Shown: positions 28,387 to 37,578 of the stretch, piece by piece
How positions within the stretch are numbered: the stretch's first letter is position 1
How the letters are laid out: every line of letters starts with the position of its first letter
Assembly: GCA_041660305.1 (NCBI GenBank)
Contig: JBAZWO010000002.1
Span: forward strand, 68,739 to 132,738
DNA: 64,000 nucleotides
Source: Patescibacteria group bacterium
GTDB taxonomy: Bacteria; Patescibacteriota; Patescibacteriia; UBA9570
Direction: 5' to 3'
Translations under genes and position numbers: made by a program
Notes under the pieces: generated by a model
The model's database searches: none
What the model was told of the DNA's origin: nothing
Seen by the model: only the letters and a program-made list of their open reading frames with translations

Positions 28387-28521
28387 ATGCGCAAACAATT
28401 ACAAGCCTTAGTGAATAATGAATTAGGCATGAGCCTATCGGTAAAAATTATGGTGGGTTTTGCCGGAGCGGTGGTAGCGGTATTTTTATTAGGAGTGATT
28501 GTGTATTTTGTAAAGAGCTAA
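28387..28521 (+). CDS. Possible 44-aa single-TM peptide (below the ORF-track length cutoff)
   Basis: ATG at 28387 encodes MRKQLQALVNNELGMSLSVKIMVGFAGAVVAVFLLGVIVYFVKS*. A terminator-like hairpin follows. Confidence 0.3.
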   Translation: MRKQLQALVNNELGMSLSVKIMVGFAGAVVAVFLLGVIVYFVKS

Positions 28522-28543
28522 GCAGCTATTTTGCTATCTCGCT

Positions 28544-28586
28544 AACTCCCTTTTTCTCACGGTTGTGATAGAAGGGAGTTTTGTTT
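28544..28586 (+). terminator. Rho-independent terminator-like hairpin
   Basis: AACTCCCTT-N19-AAGGGAGTT followed by TTGTTT. Confidence 0.5.
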
Positions 28587-28599
28587 AAAGATAATTATT

Positions 28600-28640
28600 C
28601 CCCATCTCCTTTGAGGAGAGGGGGTTAGGGGGTGAGGTAG
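28600..28640. repeat. Half-copy of the G/C-run palindromic element (R9), right arm only
   Basis: CCCCATCTCCTTTGAGGAGAGGGGGTTAGGGGGTGAGGTAG. Confidence 0.8.
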
Positions 28641-28664
28641 TATTTTTATTATTGCAAAACATTT

Positions 28665-28693
28665 TTGACAATACGTCTACTTTGTGCTAAAAT
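28665..28693 (+). promoter_or_regulatory. Sigma-70-like promoter with an extended -10
   Basis: TTGACA, a 17-nt spacer, then TGC-TAAAAT, 58 nt upstream of the ATG at 28751. Confidence 0.5.
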
Positions 28694-28750
28694 TAAAATG
28701 AGCTCAAAAAATTAGGGCTTAAAAATAAAAAAGTAAAAACAAAAATATAT

Positions 28751-30163
28751 ATGATTTTATCATCTAAGATAAGGGCAATAGTTAGTGTATCGACTATTGT
28801 TTTTTGTTTAAATGTTACTAGTTCAGTAGCTCTGGCCACTACGTATTATCGAGCGCCAGAGGTGCGGGTGTATAAAAAAGTTAATTCAGCGTATCAGGTA
28901 AATAAGCAATTTAATGCTTATGCGGCAGATTATACCGGCGGTGGTACGGTAGCGCTAGGCGATTTAGGCGGGGATAATATTAGCGAGGTTATTACGGCCT
29001 CTGGTCCTGATGCTAATCCGCAGGTAAAAGTTTATCGAGCAGACGGTTCTTTGATTACGCAGTTTTATGCGTACCGTCCTAGCATGCATGCCGGTGTAAA
29101 CGTAGCTACCGGTGATGTGAACGGCGATAAAAAAGACGAAATTATTACTGGCCCACAACAAGGTGGTGGGCCACAAGTACGAGTGTTTGATCCAACTGGT
29201 CGGGTTACGTCTACAGCCGGTTTTTATGCTTACGATGTTAATTTTCGTGGCGGAGTAAATGTGGCGGCTGGTGATTTAAATTGCGATGGCCAAGCCGAAA
29301 TTGTAACCGGTAATGGTATAGACGGCACACCACATGTGCGAGTGTTTTCTGGAAATGGCACCTGGACCGGTTGGGACGTACAGCCGTTCGCGGAAAATAA
29401 TAGAGGCGGCGTTAGCGTAGCGGTTGGTAATGTAGACGGTGGTTGTGCAGCAGAAATTATTACGGCCGTGCAAGCTAATAATCAAAGCTGGGTAAAAGTG
29501 TATAAATATAATTTAGATAAAACGGTGTTAGGCGAATGGAAAGCGTTTCCCGATGATGTAAAAGGGGGTATTAATATTGCCGCCGGCGATGTAGATAACG
29601 ACAACATGGCTGAAGTGATCGTTGGTATCAATGGTCGAGGTGGATCGCAAGTTAAACTATTTGAAGCTTATGGTAAAGAGCTAGATGGTAGCTTTTTTGC
29701 CTACGAAGCAGATTTTCATGGTGGTATTCACATAGCCGTTGGTAAAACGGCCGCTGGCCAGGTAATTGTTACCATACCGAATCGGTTAAAACCAGATGGT
29801 AGAACCGATGTAGAACGTTATGTGCGGGTAGATTTAAGCGAGCAGAGAATGTATGCTTATGAAAAGGGGTTTATCGTAAATTCATTTTTAATTTCTAGTG
29901 GTACTTACATTCATCCGTCTCCACAAGGCGAGTTTCATATTATTCGCAAATTATATAGCCATTTATATGCTGGACCAGATTATTATCTGCCAAATACTTT
30001 ATATAACTTAGAATTTAAACGAGGCTATTATTTACATGGGGCTTATTGGCATAATAATTTTGGACATCCCATGAGCCATGGTTGTATTAATATTCATTAT
30101 ACCAATGCTAAATGGTTATTCGATTGGATGCAAACAGGGGATTTAACGGTGATTGAAAGATAG
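28751..30163 (+). CDS. Secreted FG-GAP-repeat protein fused to an L,D-transpeptidase (YkuD) domain
   Basis: Signal-like N-terminus, repeated GD(L/V)xGDxxxE(I/V)I units, and the C-terminal YkuD motif HPMSHGCINI. Confidence 0.8.
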   Translation: MILSSKIRAIVSVSTIVFCLNVTSSVALATTYYRAPEVRVYKKVNSAYQVNKQFNAYAADYTGGGTVALGDLGGDNISEVITASGPDANPQVKVYRADGSLITQFYAYRPSMHAGVNVATGDVNGDKKDEIITGPQQGGGPQVRVFDPTGRVTSTAGFYAYDVNFRGGVNVAAGDLNCDGQAEIVTGNGIDGTPHVRVFSGNGTWTGWDVQPFAENNRGGVSVAVGNVDGGCAAEIITAVQANNQSWVKVYKYNLDKTVLGEWKAFPDDVKGGINIAAGDVDNDNMAEVIVGINGRGGSQVKLFEAYGKELDGSFFAYEADFHGGIHIAVGKTAAGQVIVTIPNRLKPDGRTDVERYVRVDLSEQRMYAYEKGFIVNSFLISSGTYIHPSPQGEFHIIRKLYSHLYAGPDYYLPNTLYNLEFKRGYYLHGAYWHNNFGHPMSHGCINIHYTNAKWLFDWMQTGDLTVIER

Positions 30164-30208
30164 GTAGTTGTTAATTGCACAAAATAATCTTTGTGTTATA
30201 ATAGCAAC

Positions 30209-31597
30209 ATGAAAAAATATATTATTATCGCTTTGGTTAGCTTATTTGCTCCCATGGCGGTGTTTGCGGTGGATAGCATGGAGCCGCAAGTAAAAATTTT
30301 TAACGATCAGCTGAAAGAAACCAAATCATTTTTGGCGCTAGATGGTAAAAATGATAACGGCCTGGATGTGTCCGTAGCCGATGTAGATGGTGATAATAAA
30401 GCGGAAATTATTATTGGCGCTGGGCGAGGCAGTGCGCCGCTAGTACAGGTATTTAAGGCTGATGGTACAAAAATTAGCGAGTTTTACGCGTATGATAAAA
30501 GCTTATTAAGCGGTGTGCATGTAGCGGCCGGGGATTTTAACCGCGATCATAAAGCAGAAATTGTTACCACACCCGATTATGGCGGTGGTCCACAAGTAAA
30601 AATATTCGATCAAGCTGGTAACCAAAAATTTACGCCCGGGTTCTTTGCCTTTGACGAAGGTTTTCGTGGCGGCGCTGATATAACGGTAGGTGATTTTAAT
30701 GGTGATCGATCTATGGATATTGCCGTAGCGGCTGGTCCTGGTGGCGAGCCACACGTACGAATATTTAATAAAAAAGGAGAGTTTTTAGGCACAGAATTTC
30801 GGCCGTTTGCCGCCGATAATAAAGGTGGTGTGGTATTGGCCACAGCCAATGTAGATGGCGGTCGCGATCGTGAATTAGTAATGGCTATTCATTCTGGTGG
30901 CGAAGACTGGGTAAAAGTTTATAAAAACAATGGCCAGATATTAGGTGAGTGGAAAGCGTTTAACGGTTTGTATACCGGTTTAAATGTTGGTGCTGGTGAT
31001 ATCGATGATAATGGTTTAGATGAAGTAGTGGTAACGCCACGACAAGACGCTGGCGCACAACTAATGTTCTATAAAGGCCATGGTAAATATTTAAAAAACT
31101 TTTTCGCTTATAATGAAGATTTTCGTGGAGGAGTAAATGTGGCTAGTGGTGATTTAAATGGTGATGGCAAAGATGACTGGGTAACCGTGCCAGGTAAAAA
31201 TCGAGCCCAAGGGCGGTCTGATTTAGTGCGTTATATTGATGTAAATTTAACTCAACAAACTACCCGAGTGTATGAATATGGTGAGTTAGTACATGAGTTT
31301 TTAATTTCTTCCGGTATTCCCAAATATCCTTCACCGGTTGGTAATTTTTCGGTGTTACAAAAATCTTATATTAAAGATTATGTGCATAGTTATGGTACTA
31401 ATCATCCAGATAATTATGCGTTATATAATGTAAAATGGAACATGCGTTTCAATGGGCCTTATTTTTTACACTACGCGTATTGGCATAATAATTTTGGGCA
31501 TCGCATGAGCCATGGTTGTATTAACATTAACGCCGCCAATGCCGAATGGCTATATAACTGGTCTAAAGTAGGCGATCCGGTTATTGTACATTATTAA
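30209..31597 (+). CDS. Secreted FG-GAP-repeat protein fused to an L,D-transpeptidase (YkuD) domain, paralog
   Basis: Same architecture as 28751..30163, with HRMSHGCININ. I prefer the ATG at 30209 (MKKYIIIALVSLF). Confidence 0.8.
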   Translation: MKKYIIIALVSLFAPMAVFAVDSMEPQVKIFNDQLKETKSFLALDGKNDNGLDVSVADVDGDNKAEIIIGAGRGSAPLVQVFKADGTKISEFYAYDKSLLSGVHVAAGDFNRDHKAEIVTTPDYGGGPQVKIFDQAGNQKFTPGFFAFDEGFRGGADITVGDFNGDRSMDIAVAAGPGGEPHVRIFNKKGEFLGTEFRPFAADNKGGVVLATANVDGGRDRELVMAIHSGGEDWVKVYKNNGQILGEWKAFNGLYTGLNVGAGDIDDNGLDEVVVTPRQDAGAQLMFYKGHGKYLKNFFAYNEDFRGGVNVASGDLNGDGKDDWVTVPGKNRAQGRSDLVRYIDVNLTQQTTRVYEYGELVHEFLISSGIPKYPSPVGNFSVLQKSYIKDYVHSYGTNHPDNYALYNVKWNMRFNGPYFLHYAYWHNNFGHRMSHGCININAANAEWLYNWSKVGDPVIVHY

Positions 31598-31604
31598 CAT
31601 TAAC

Positions 31605-32210
31605 ATGAAGTATTATTTTTTAGTTTTAGTGTTTAGTGTTATTACTCTGGCTTGGCCAGCAAGCACGTGGGCTGAAAATATACCAGCTATGAATGCGGTA
31701 GTTTTACTGTATCAGAATGAGCAGGAAACCAGTAAACATAATTATTTATTTACTATTTCTGGTGATGACACTATTTACCCATGCGCGGCGAATCAGTGCG
31801 ATATGGCTAAATGGACTGCAGTAACAACGGTGAACATGACTATTTATGTATTGCCAGCTGGTTTTAATCGAGTAGCTAGTATGGTTGATCAATTAGTGTT
31901 GCGTGAATATACCCAAGCTGCTGAACGTACATATCAGTTAAATAATTTTAATATAGTAGGCAGTAGTACTGGTGGTGGACGAGCCTATCAAACAGTTGCA
32001 TTACAAGCTGATGGTTCTTATCAAATATCAGCAAATAATTATGTTAAGCCAGATGTAAAAGAACAGCGTAATACTAATAAAATCACTACAGAAGATAGCG
32101 CTAGTTTTTCAGTACAACAAGTAGCGGCTCTTATAGGAGGCGTATTATTGGTTTTAGCTGTAGGAGTGGGTTTGTGGCGTTTTTATAAGTATTGGCGGTT
32201 GCGTTATTAA
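31605..32210 (+). CDS. Hypothetical exported protein with a C-terminal membrane anchor
   Basis: Signal-like MKYYFLVLVFSVITLAWPAS and a C-terminal helix VAALIGGVLLVLAVGVGLW followed by basic residues. Confidence 0.5.
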   Translation: MKYYFLVLVFSVITLAWPASTWAENIPAMNAVVLLYQNEQETSKHNYLFTISGDDTIYPCAANQCDMAKWTAVTTVNMTIYVLPAGFNRVASMVDQLVLREYTQAAERTYQLNNFNIVGSSTGGGRAYQTVALQADGSYQISANNYVKPDVKEQRNTNKITTEDSASFSVQQVAALIGGVLLVLAVGVGLWRFYKYWRLRY

Positions 32211-32238
32211 TCAATTTACTTTATACTAGTTCGAGTTT

Positions 32239-33891
32239 ATGACGATGCGTAAAAAATTATGGTTAACACTAGCAGGAATTATTGTGTTAGTAGGGTTAGC
32301 GGCGGTAGTAGATTATCCAAAGGGGCCAAATATTACTTGGCAAGGTAAATTAGTACGTGAATTAAAAGTACAGCTTGGGTTAGATTTACAAGGTGGTACG
32401 TCTTTGGTATATCAAGCCGACACCGCACAAGTTACGCCTGGTGAAGAAGCCGAAGCCATGGCCGGCGTGCGCGATGTTTTAGAAAACCGTATCAATGCTT
32501 TTGGAGTATCAGAACCAATTATTCAAACAAATCAAGTATCTGGTAACTGGCGCGTGTTAGTGGAATTACCTGGTGTAACCGATTTAAATGAAGCAATCAA
32601 ACAAATTGGTGAAACACCATTATTAGAATTTAAAGTAGAAGGAGATCAACAGACATTAAGTGAGGAGCAATTAAAGATTGTACAGCAATTAAACGATCAA
32701 ACTAAACAGCAAGCGCAAGATGTATTAGAACAATTAAAACAAGACGGTGATTTTTCAGCTTTGGCTAAAGCCAAAAGCCAAGATGAAGCCACCGCTAGTA
32801 CCGGCGGAGAAGTTGATTATGTAGATAAAGCCACGCTACCTCAATCATTAGCCGATGCGGTTGCTAATAATGAAAACGAATTAAATAAAGTGTTGCCAGA
32901 TTTAATCGAAACAGACACTGATTATCAAGTTGTTAAAGTGGTCGATCGAAAAGATGATAATCAAGTAAAATATGCGCATATTGTGTTCAAAAAAATACCG
33001 GCTACGCCAGATATTTTTGGGCCAAATTATGTGAATACGCAGTTAACCGGCAAACAGCTAGCTAAGGCTATGTTGCAATTTGATTCTACTACCAATGCGC
33101 CGGTAGTAGCTTTAACTTTTAATGATGAAGGGGCGAAATTATTTGAACAGATTACTAAAGAAAATATTAATAAAACAGTAGCGATTTATTTGGATGGTGA
33201 AGCTATTAGTACGCCAGTGGTTAATGAGGCTATTACTGGTGGTCAAGCAGTGATTTCTGGCAAATTTACCTTAGATGAAGCTAAACAATTAGTGCGTCGT
33301 TTAAATGCTGGAGCATTACCAGTAAAAATTACGTTAGTTAATCAGCGTAATGTAGGTCCAACCTTAGGTGTAGAAGCCTTACAGCGCAGTGTGTTGGCCG
33401 GTATTATTGCCATGTTAGTATTAGGTGTTTTTATGATAGCGTATTATCGTTTTCCCGGTTTAATTGCCATGATTGCTTTAAGTATGTACGGTTTAATGTT
33501 GTTAGCGATATTTAAATTGTGGCCGGTAACATTAACGTTATCTGGTATTGCCGGATTTATTTTATCGCTTGGTATGGCCGTAGATGCTAACGTGTTAATT
33601 TTTGAACGTCTCAAAGAAGAATTACGGAGTGGCAAAAACCTACAAAGTGCTATTGATGAAGGGTTTAAACGAGCCTGGTTGTCTATTCGTGATTCTAATG
33701 TATCTTCTTTAATTACCTGTATGATTTTAAGTTGGTTTGGTACCGCTATGATAAAAGGTTTTGCTATTACGTTAGCTTTAGGTATTATTTTAAGTTTATT
33801 TTCTGCCATTACTATTACTAGAACATTATTAAAAATATTGGCCGTGAAAAATATCCGATGGTATGGCGTTAACAGAAAAGACTATGTTTAA
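32239..33891 (+). CDS. secD: Protein translocase subunit SecD
   Basis: LGLDLQGG motif, a large periplasmic-type insert, and a C-terminal 6-TM region containing GMAVDANVLIFERLKEE. Confidence 0.9.
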   Translation: MTMRKKLWLTLAGIIVLVGLAAVVDYPKGPNITWQGKLVRELKVQLGLDLQGGTSLVYQADTAQVTPGEEAEAMAGVRDVLENRINAFGVSEPIIQTNQVSGNWRVLVELPGVTDLNEAIKQIGETPLLEFKVEGDQQTLSEEQLKIVQQLNDQTKQQAQDVLEQLKQDGDFSALAKAKSQDEATASTGGEVDYVDKATLPQSLADAVANNENELNKVLPDLIETDTDYQVVKVVDRKDDNQVKYAHIVFKKIPATPDIFGPNYVNTQLTGKQLAKAMLQFDSTTNAPVVALTFNDEGAKLFEQITKENINKTVAIYLDGEAISTPVVNEAITGGQAVISGKFTLDEAKQLVRRLNAGALPVKITLVNQRNVGPTLGVEALQRSVLAGIIAMLVLGVFMIAYYRFPGLIAMIALSMYGLMLLAIFKLWPVTLTLSGIAGFILSLGMAVDANVLIFERLKEELRSGKNLQSAIDEGFKRAWLSIRDSNVSSLITCMILSWFGTAMIKGFAITLALGIILSLFSAITITRTLLKILAVKNIRWYGVNRKDYV

Positions 33892-34771
33892 TATATTAGG
33901 AACTAGAAAAATTTGGTATGCTGTTTCAACTATATTAATTATTACTAGTGTAATAATGATGGTGGTTTATGGTTTTAAATTAGGGATTGATTTTACCGGT
34001 GGTTCATTATTACAAGTGCATTATAATACTACTCGGCCAGATACTACTACGATTGTTAATCAATTAACGTCACTAAATTTAGGGGAAATTATTGTGCAAC
34101 TATCTGGAGATAGTGCCGTAGTTATTAAAACAGCTTTTTTAGACAATGAAAAACGGCAGCAGGTGTTACAAGCACTTGGTAGTGATGTGGTAGAGGATAG
34201 TTTTGAATCGATTGGGCCAACAGTAGGAGAGGAGTTGCGTACTAAGGCGGTACAAGCAGTTATTTTAGTGGTAGTGTTTATTATTATATATATTGCTTGG
34301 GCGTTTCGTGGTGTGTCTAAGGGTCCAGTACCTTCATGGGCATACGGAGTATCTGCTTTTATTGCGTTATTACATGATATTACCATACCGTTAGGCGTGT
34401 TTGCTGTGTTAGGCCATTATCAAGGTGTAGAAATTAATGTAATGTTTATTACGGCATTGTTAACTATTTTAGGTTTTTCGGTACATGATACTATAGTAGT
34501 GTTCGATAGAATCAGAGAAAATTTAAAACGTAGCAGTCAACCGACTTTTGCTGGGATAATTAATGAGAGTATTAATAATACTATGATGCGATCATTAAAT
34601 ACTTCAATGACCGTGTTATTAGTGTTAACAGCAATGTTTTTATTTGGTGGAGAGGCCACTAAATATTTTATTTTAGCTCTAATGATTGGGGTTGTGGTAG
34701 GAACTTATTCCTCAATATTTATTGCCAGCCCATTATTGCTTATTTGGGAAAGGCTATTGCATAGAAGATAA
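33884..34771 (+). CDS. secF: Protein translocase subunit SecF
   Basis: GIDFTGGS motif and FSVHDTIVVFDRIREN. The ATG at 33884 overlaps the secD stop. Confidence 0.9.
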   Translation: MFNILGTRKIWYAVSTILIITSVIMMVVYGFKLGIDFTGGSLLQVHYNTTRPDTTTIVNQLTSLNLGEIIVQLSGDSAVVIKTAFLDNEKRQQVLQALGSDVVEDSFESIGPTVGEELRTKAVQAVILVVVFIIIYIAWAFRGVSKGPVPSWAYGVSAFIALLHDITIPLGVFAVLGHYQGVEINVMFITALLTILGFSVHDTIVVFDRIRENLKRSSQPTFAGIINESINNTMMRSLNTSMTVLLVLTAMFLFGGEATKYFILALMIGVVVGTYSSIFIASPLLLIWERLLHRR

Positions 34772-34773
34772 TA

Positions 34774-34864
34774 CTACCTCTATCCCCAGCCCTTTCCCCT
34801 AACCAGGGGAAAGGGAGAAATTCTCCTCCTCTCCTCAAAGGAGAGGAGGCCGGGAGGAGAGGTA
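34774..34864. repeat. Composite G/C-run palindromic element (R10)
   Basis: CTACCTCTATCCCC...GGGAGGAGAGGTA encloses CCCTTTCCCCTAACCAGGGGAAAGGG and CTCCTCCTCTCCTCAAAGGAGAGGAGG. Confidence 0.8.
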
Positions 34865-34928
34865 TTTGACAGTTTGTAAAGTAAATGCTATACTATTAGC
34901 GTATATAAATGAGTAATTTTATGCGTTT

Positions 34929-36050
34929 ATGAGTAAAGCAAATAATTCAGTCAATAACCATTCAATTTTAGATAAGATTATTGCTAGTAAAGAAGATCAG
35001 GAAAAGCAAGAATTTGCTCCTGACGAAATTATTAGCCAATTATTACGTAATATTACGCCAAAAGAGGCGGATGTTTTGGTACGACGACATGGTTTAAAAG
35101 GTTCAAAAAAAGAAACTTTAGAGGCCATTGGTCAGGCTTACCATGTTACCAGAGAACGAGTACGACAAATAGAAAATTTAGCCATCAAGAAAATTAAGCA
35201 GAATTTAAAGCATTTAGAATTAATTCGGCCAATTGAGCACGTGCTTACCACGGTATTGGATGAACACGGTGGCATGATGAGCGAAACGCATTTATTAGAA
35301 GAATTATTTGCGCTCAATCCAACTTTTAATAATAAACCATCGGTATTATTTTTATTATCTGAATTAGCTGAAGCTAGATTTGATAAAGTAGAGGCTAATG
35401 AGCATTTTGTCCGTTCATGGAAAATTAAAACAGCTGATTTAGATTTTGTAATGACTGCTATTAACATGTTAGCTGAAGTAATTACTAATCATGGTACACC
35501 AATGGAATTGGCACATATTTTAGAACGTTTACAAAGCCATAATTTTTATCAGGCGCAAGCTCAGCGTATTAATCATAAAGTAGTGGTGGCTTATTTGGAA
35601 GTTAGCCGAAAAATTGAAAAGAACCCATTTGGTGAATACGGTTTAACGCATTGGGGCAGTATTATACCTAAACGTATGAATGATAAAATTTTTCTAGTAT
35701 TAAAAAAAGCTGAAAAACCCATGCATTTTGTGGATATCGCTAAGAATATTACGGAAATTTTTAAAAAAGAAGCCTATCCACCAACCGTGCATAACGAATT
35801 AATTTTAAATGATAATTATGTGTTAGTGGGGCGCGGTATTTATGCGTTAACCGAATGGGGTTATCAACGCGGTGTGGTGGCTGATGTGATTGCACAAATA
35901 CTTAAAGAATACGGTAAACCGATGAAACGTGAAGATATTGTAGCTAGGTTAATGAAGCAACGATTAGTGAAACGGAATACTATTCATTTAGCTTTAACGG
36001 ATAAAAAACGTTTTCAACGTTTACCAGATGGCCGCTATACTGTAAAATAA
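34929..36050 (+). CDS. Sigma-70 region-4-like HTH protein with a C-terminal HARE-HTH-like domain
   Basis: ETLEAIGQAYHVTRERVRQIENLAIKKIK is a region 4.2-type HTH. C-terminal segments such as MHFVDIAKNI...VLVGRGIYALTEWGY resemble HARE-HTH. Confidence 0.5.
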   Translation: MSKANNSVNNHSILDKIIASKEDQEKQEFAPDEIISQLLRNITPKEADVLVRRHGLKGSKKETLEAIGQAYHVTRERVRQIENLAIKKIKQNLKHLELIRPIEHVLTTVLDEHGGMMSETHLLEELFALNPTFNNKPSVLFLLSELAEARFDKVEANEHFVRSWKIKTADLDFVMTAINMLAEVITNHGTPMELAHILERLQSHNFYQAQAQRINHKVVVAYLEVSRKIEKNPFGEYGLTHWGSIIPKRMNDKIFLVLKKAEKPMHFVDIAKNITEIFKKEAYPPTVHNELILNDNYVLVGRGIYALTEWGYQRGVVADVIAQILKEYGKPMKREDIVARLMKQRLVKRNTIHLALTDKKRFQRLPDGRYTVK

Positions 36051-36072
36051 AGGCTATAAAAAAAACTTAGCC

Positions 36073-37566
36073 ATGAATCCGATATTGTATGAAATAATTA
36101 CTGCTGGTGGATCTAATCCGTTTAAAGCGGGTTGGTATATTTTTAAGTATGGTGGGGGCTTGGTTTTTATTCCATTAATGATGCGGCTGGCTTGGAAGGG
36201 TTGGATTTTTTGGATTCAAGAAAAATTTAAGCATCATATACCGCATACCCTGTATCGTGTTGAGGTGCCGCAAAATAATGAGCAAAGTATGAAAGCCGTA
36301 GAGCAAATTTTTGCGCAGATTTACGGCACTTATAATGTGCCCGATTGGTGGGAACGCTGGTGGCAAGGTTTTGTGCAAGAGGAATTTGCCCTAGAAATTG
36401 TTAGTGATGATGGCTACATTACTTATTACGTTCGAACCCCTACGTATTATAAAGAAATTATGCAAGCCGCTTTTTATTCACATTATCCAGACGCTATCCT
36501 AACGGAAGTAGAAGATTATGCTAAAGACATTACTGTAGAGATGATTAATAAGGAAGAGTTGAAGGTATGGGGATCTGAAATGAAATTAGAAAAAGATGAT
36601 GTTCATCCTATTAAACCCTATCCTGCTTTTGAACACACCTTAACTCAAAAAGCCATTGATCCATTGGCTAACATGTTAGAGTTTATGAGTTGTATGCAAC
36701 CAGGCGAACGGTTGTGGTATCAAATTTTAGTTCAGCCGGTAGATTTAGGCCATTTGAAACATCGAGCTGAAGAAGCTATTAACGCTATTGTAGAGCCCGG
36801 TAAACATACACATAGTGATCCGCTGTTTATTCATAGTTTATTTGAATGGTTAAATAAAATAGTGGATGTGTTTCATGAAGCAATCTGGCCTGGAGATTAT
36901 GCTAGTGCTGCCCACGCTGAAGCAACTGGTCTGGAAGAGCGGCAACGTTTAACAACTCCGGAACGAGAATATGTAGAAGAAGTAGATAAAAAAGCTTCCC
37001 GCTGGCCATTTCACACTAAAATACGTTTTATGTATTTTGCCGCTCCAAAAATTTGGGATGGCAAGAAAGCCCGCCGTGGTATGTTGGGTGGTTTGCGTTT
37101 GTATCGTTTTATTAATGCTTTTGTGGAAGGAGCCTTAACCAGAACAGATTGGGGTTGTTTGCCGTTTCGGTATGTATTTCCAGAGAAACGCTTGATTGGA
37201 CGAGCGCGGCGCATGTTTTGGGCCTATCGATCTCGTGATATGGAAAGAGGTGAACACGAGGGTTTTGTTTTGTCTACGGAAGAAATTACCGCGTTGTTTC
37301 ACTTTCCAACGATTGATGTGCGTGCCCCATTTGTGGCTAAAGCGACAGCTCGTGGGGTGGAGCCACCTACGCAATTACGTCATACTCAAGAAACGATTGA
37401 TTCTAAAACTAATATTTCTGTCACTTTAGAAAATGAAGTAATGCCAATTTCGGCCAATACGCCAGTAAAAAAAATAATCGAGCCGGAAAAAAACGTGCCG
37501 GTAATTCCAATTGAAACAGAAAAAGCAGAACCATTACCACCTAGTAATTTACCATTTGTTGATTAA
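36073..37566 (+). CDS. Hypothetical membrane-anchored protein (partner of the downstream ATPase)
   Basis: 497 aa with an N-terminal hydrophobic segment (GGGLVFIPLMMRLAWKGWIFW). No catalytic motif recognised. Lies 12 nt upstream of the ATPase gene. Confidence 0.5.
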   Translation: MNPILYEIITAGGSNPFKAGWYIFKYGGGLVFIPLMMRLAWKGWIFWIQEKFKHHIPHTLYRVEVPQNNEQSMKAVEQIFAQIYGTYNVPDWWERWWQGFVQEEFALEIVSDDGYITYYVRTPTYYKEIMQAAFYSHYPDAILTEVEDYAKDITVEMINKEELKVWGSEMKLEKDDVHPIKPYPAFEHTLTQKAIDPLANMLEFMSCMQPGERLWYQILVQPVDLGHLKHRAEEAINAIVEPGKHTHSDPLFIHSLFEWLNKIVDVFHEAIWPGDYASAAHAEATGLEERQRLTTPEREYVEEVDKKASRWPFHTKIRFMYFAAPKIWDGKKARRGMLGGLRLYRFINAFVEGALTRTDWGCLPFRYVFPEKRLIGRARRMFWAYRSRDMERGEHEGFVLSTEEITALFHFPTIDVRAPFVAKATARGVEPPTQLRHTQETIDSKTNISVTLENEVMPISANTPVKKIIEPEKNVPVIPIETEKAEPLPPSNLPFVD

Positions 37567-37578
37567 ACTACTATTTTT

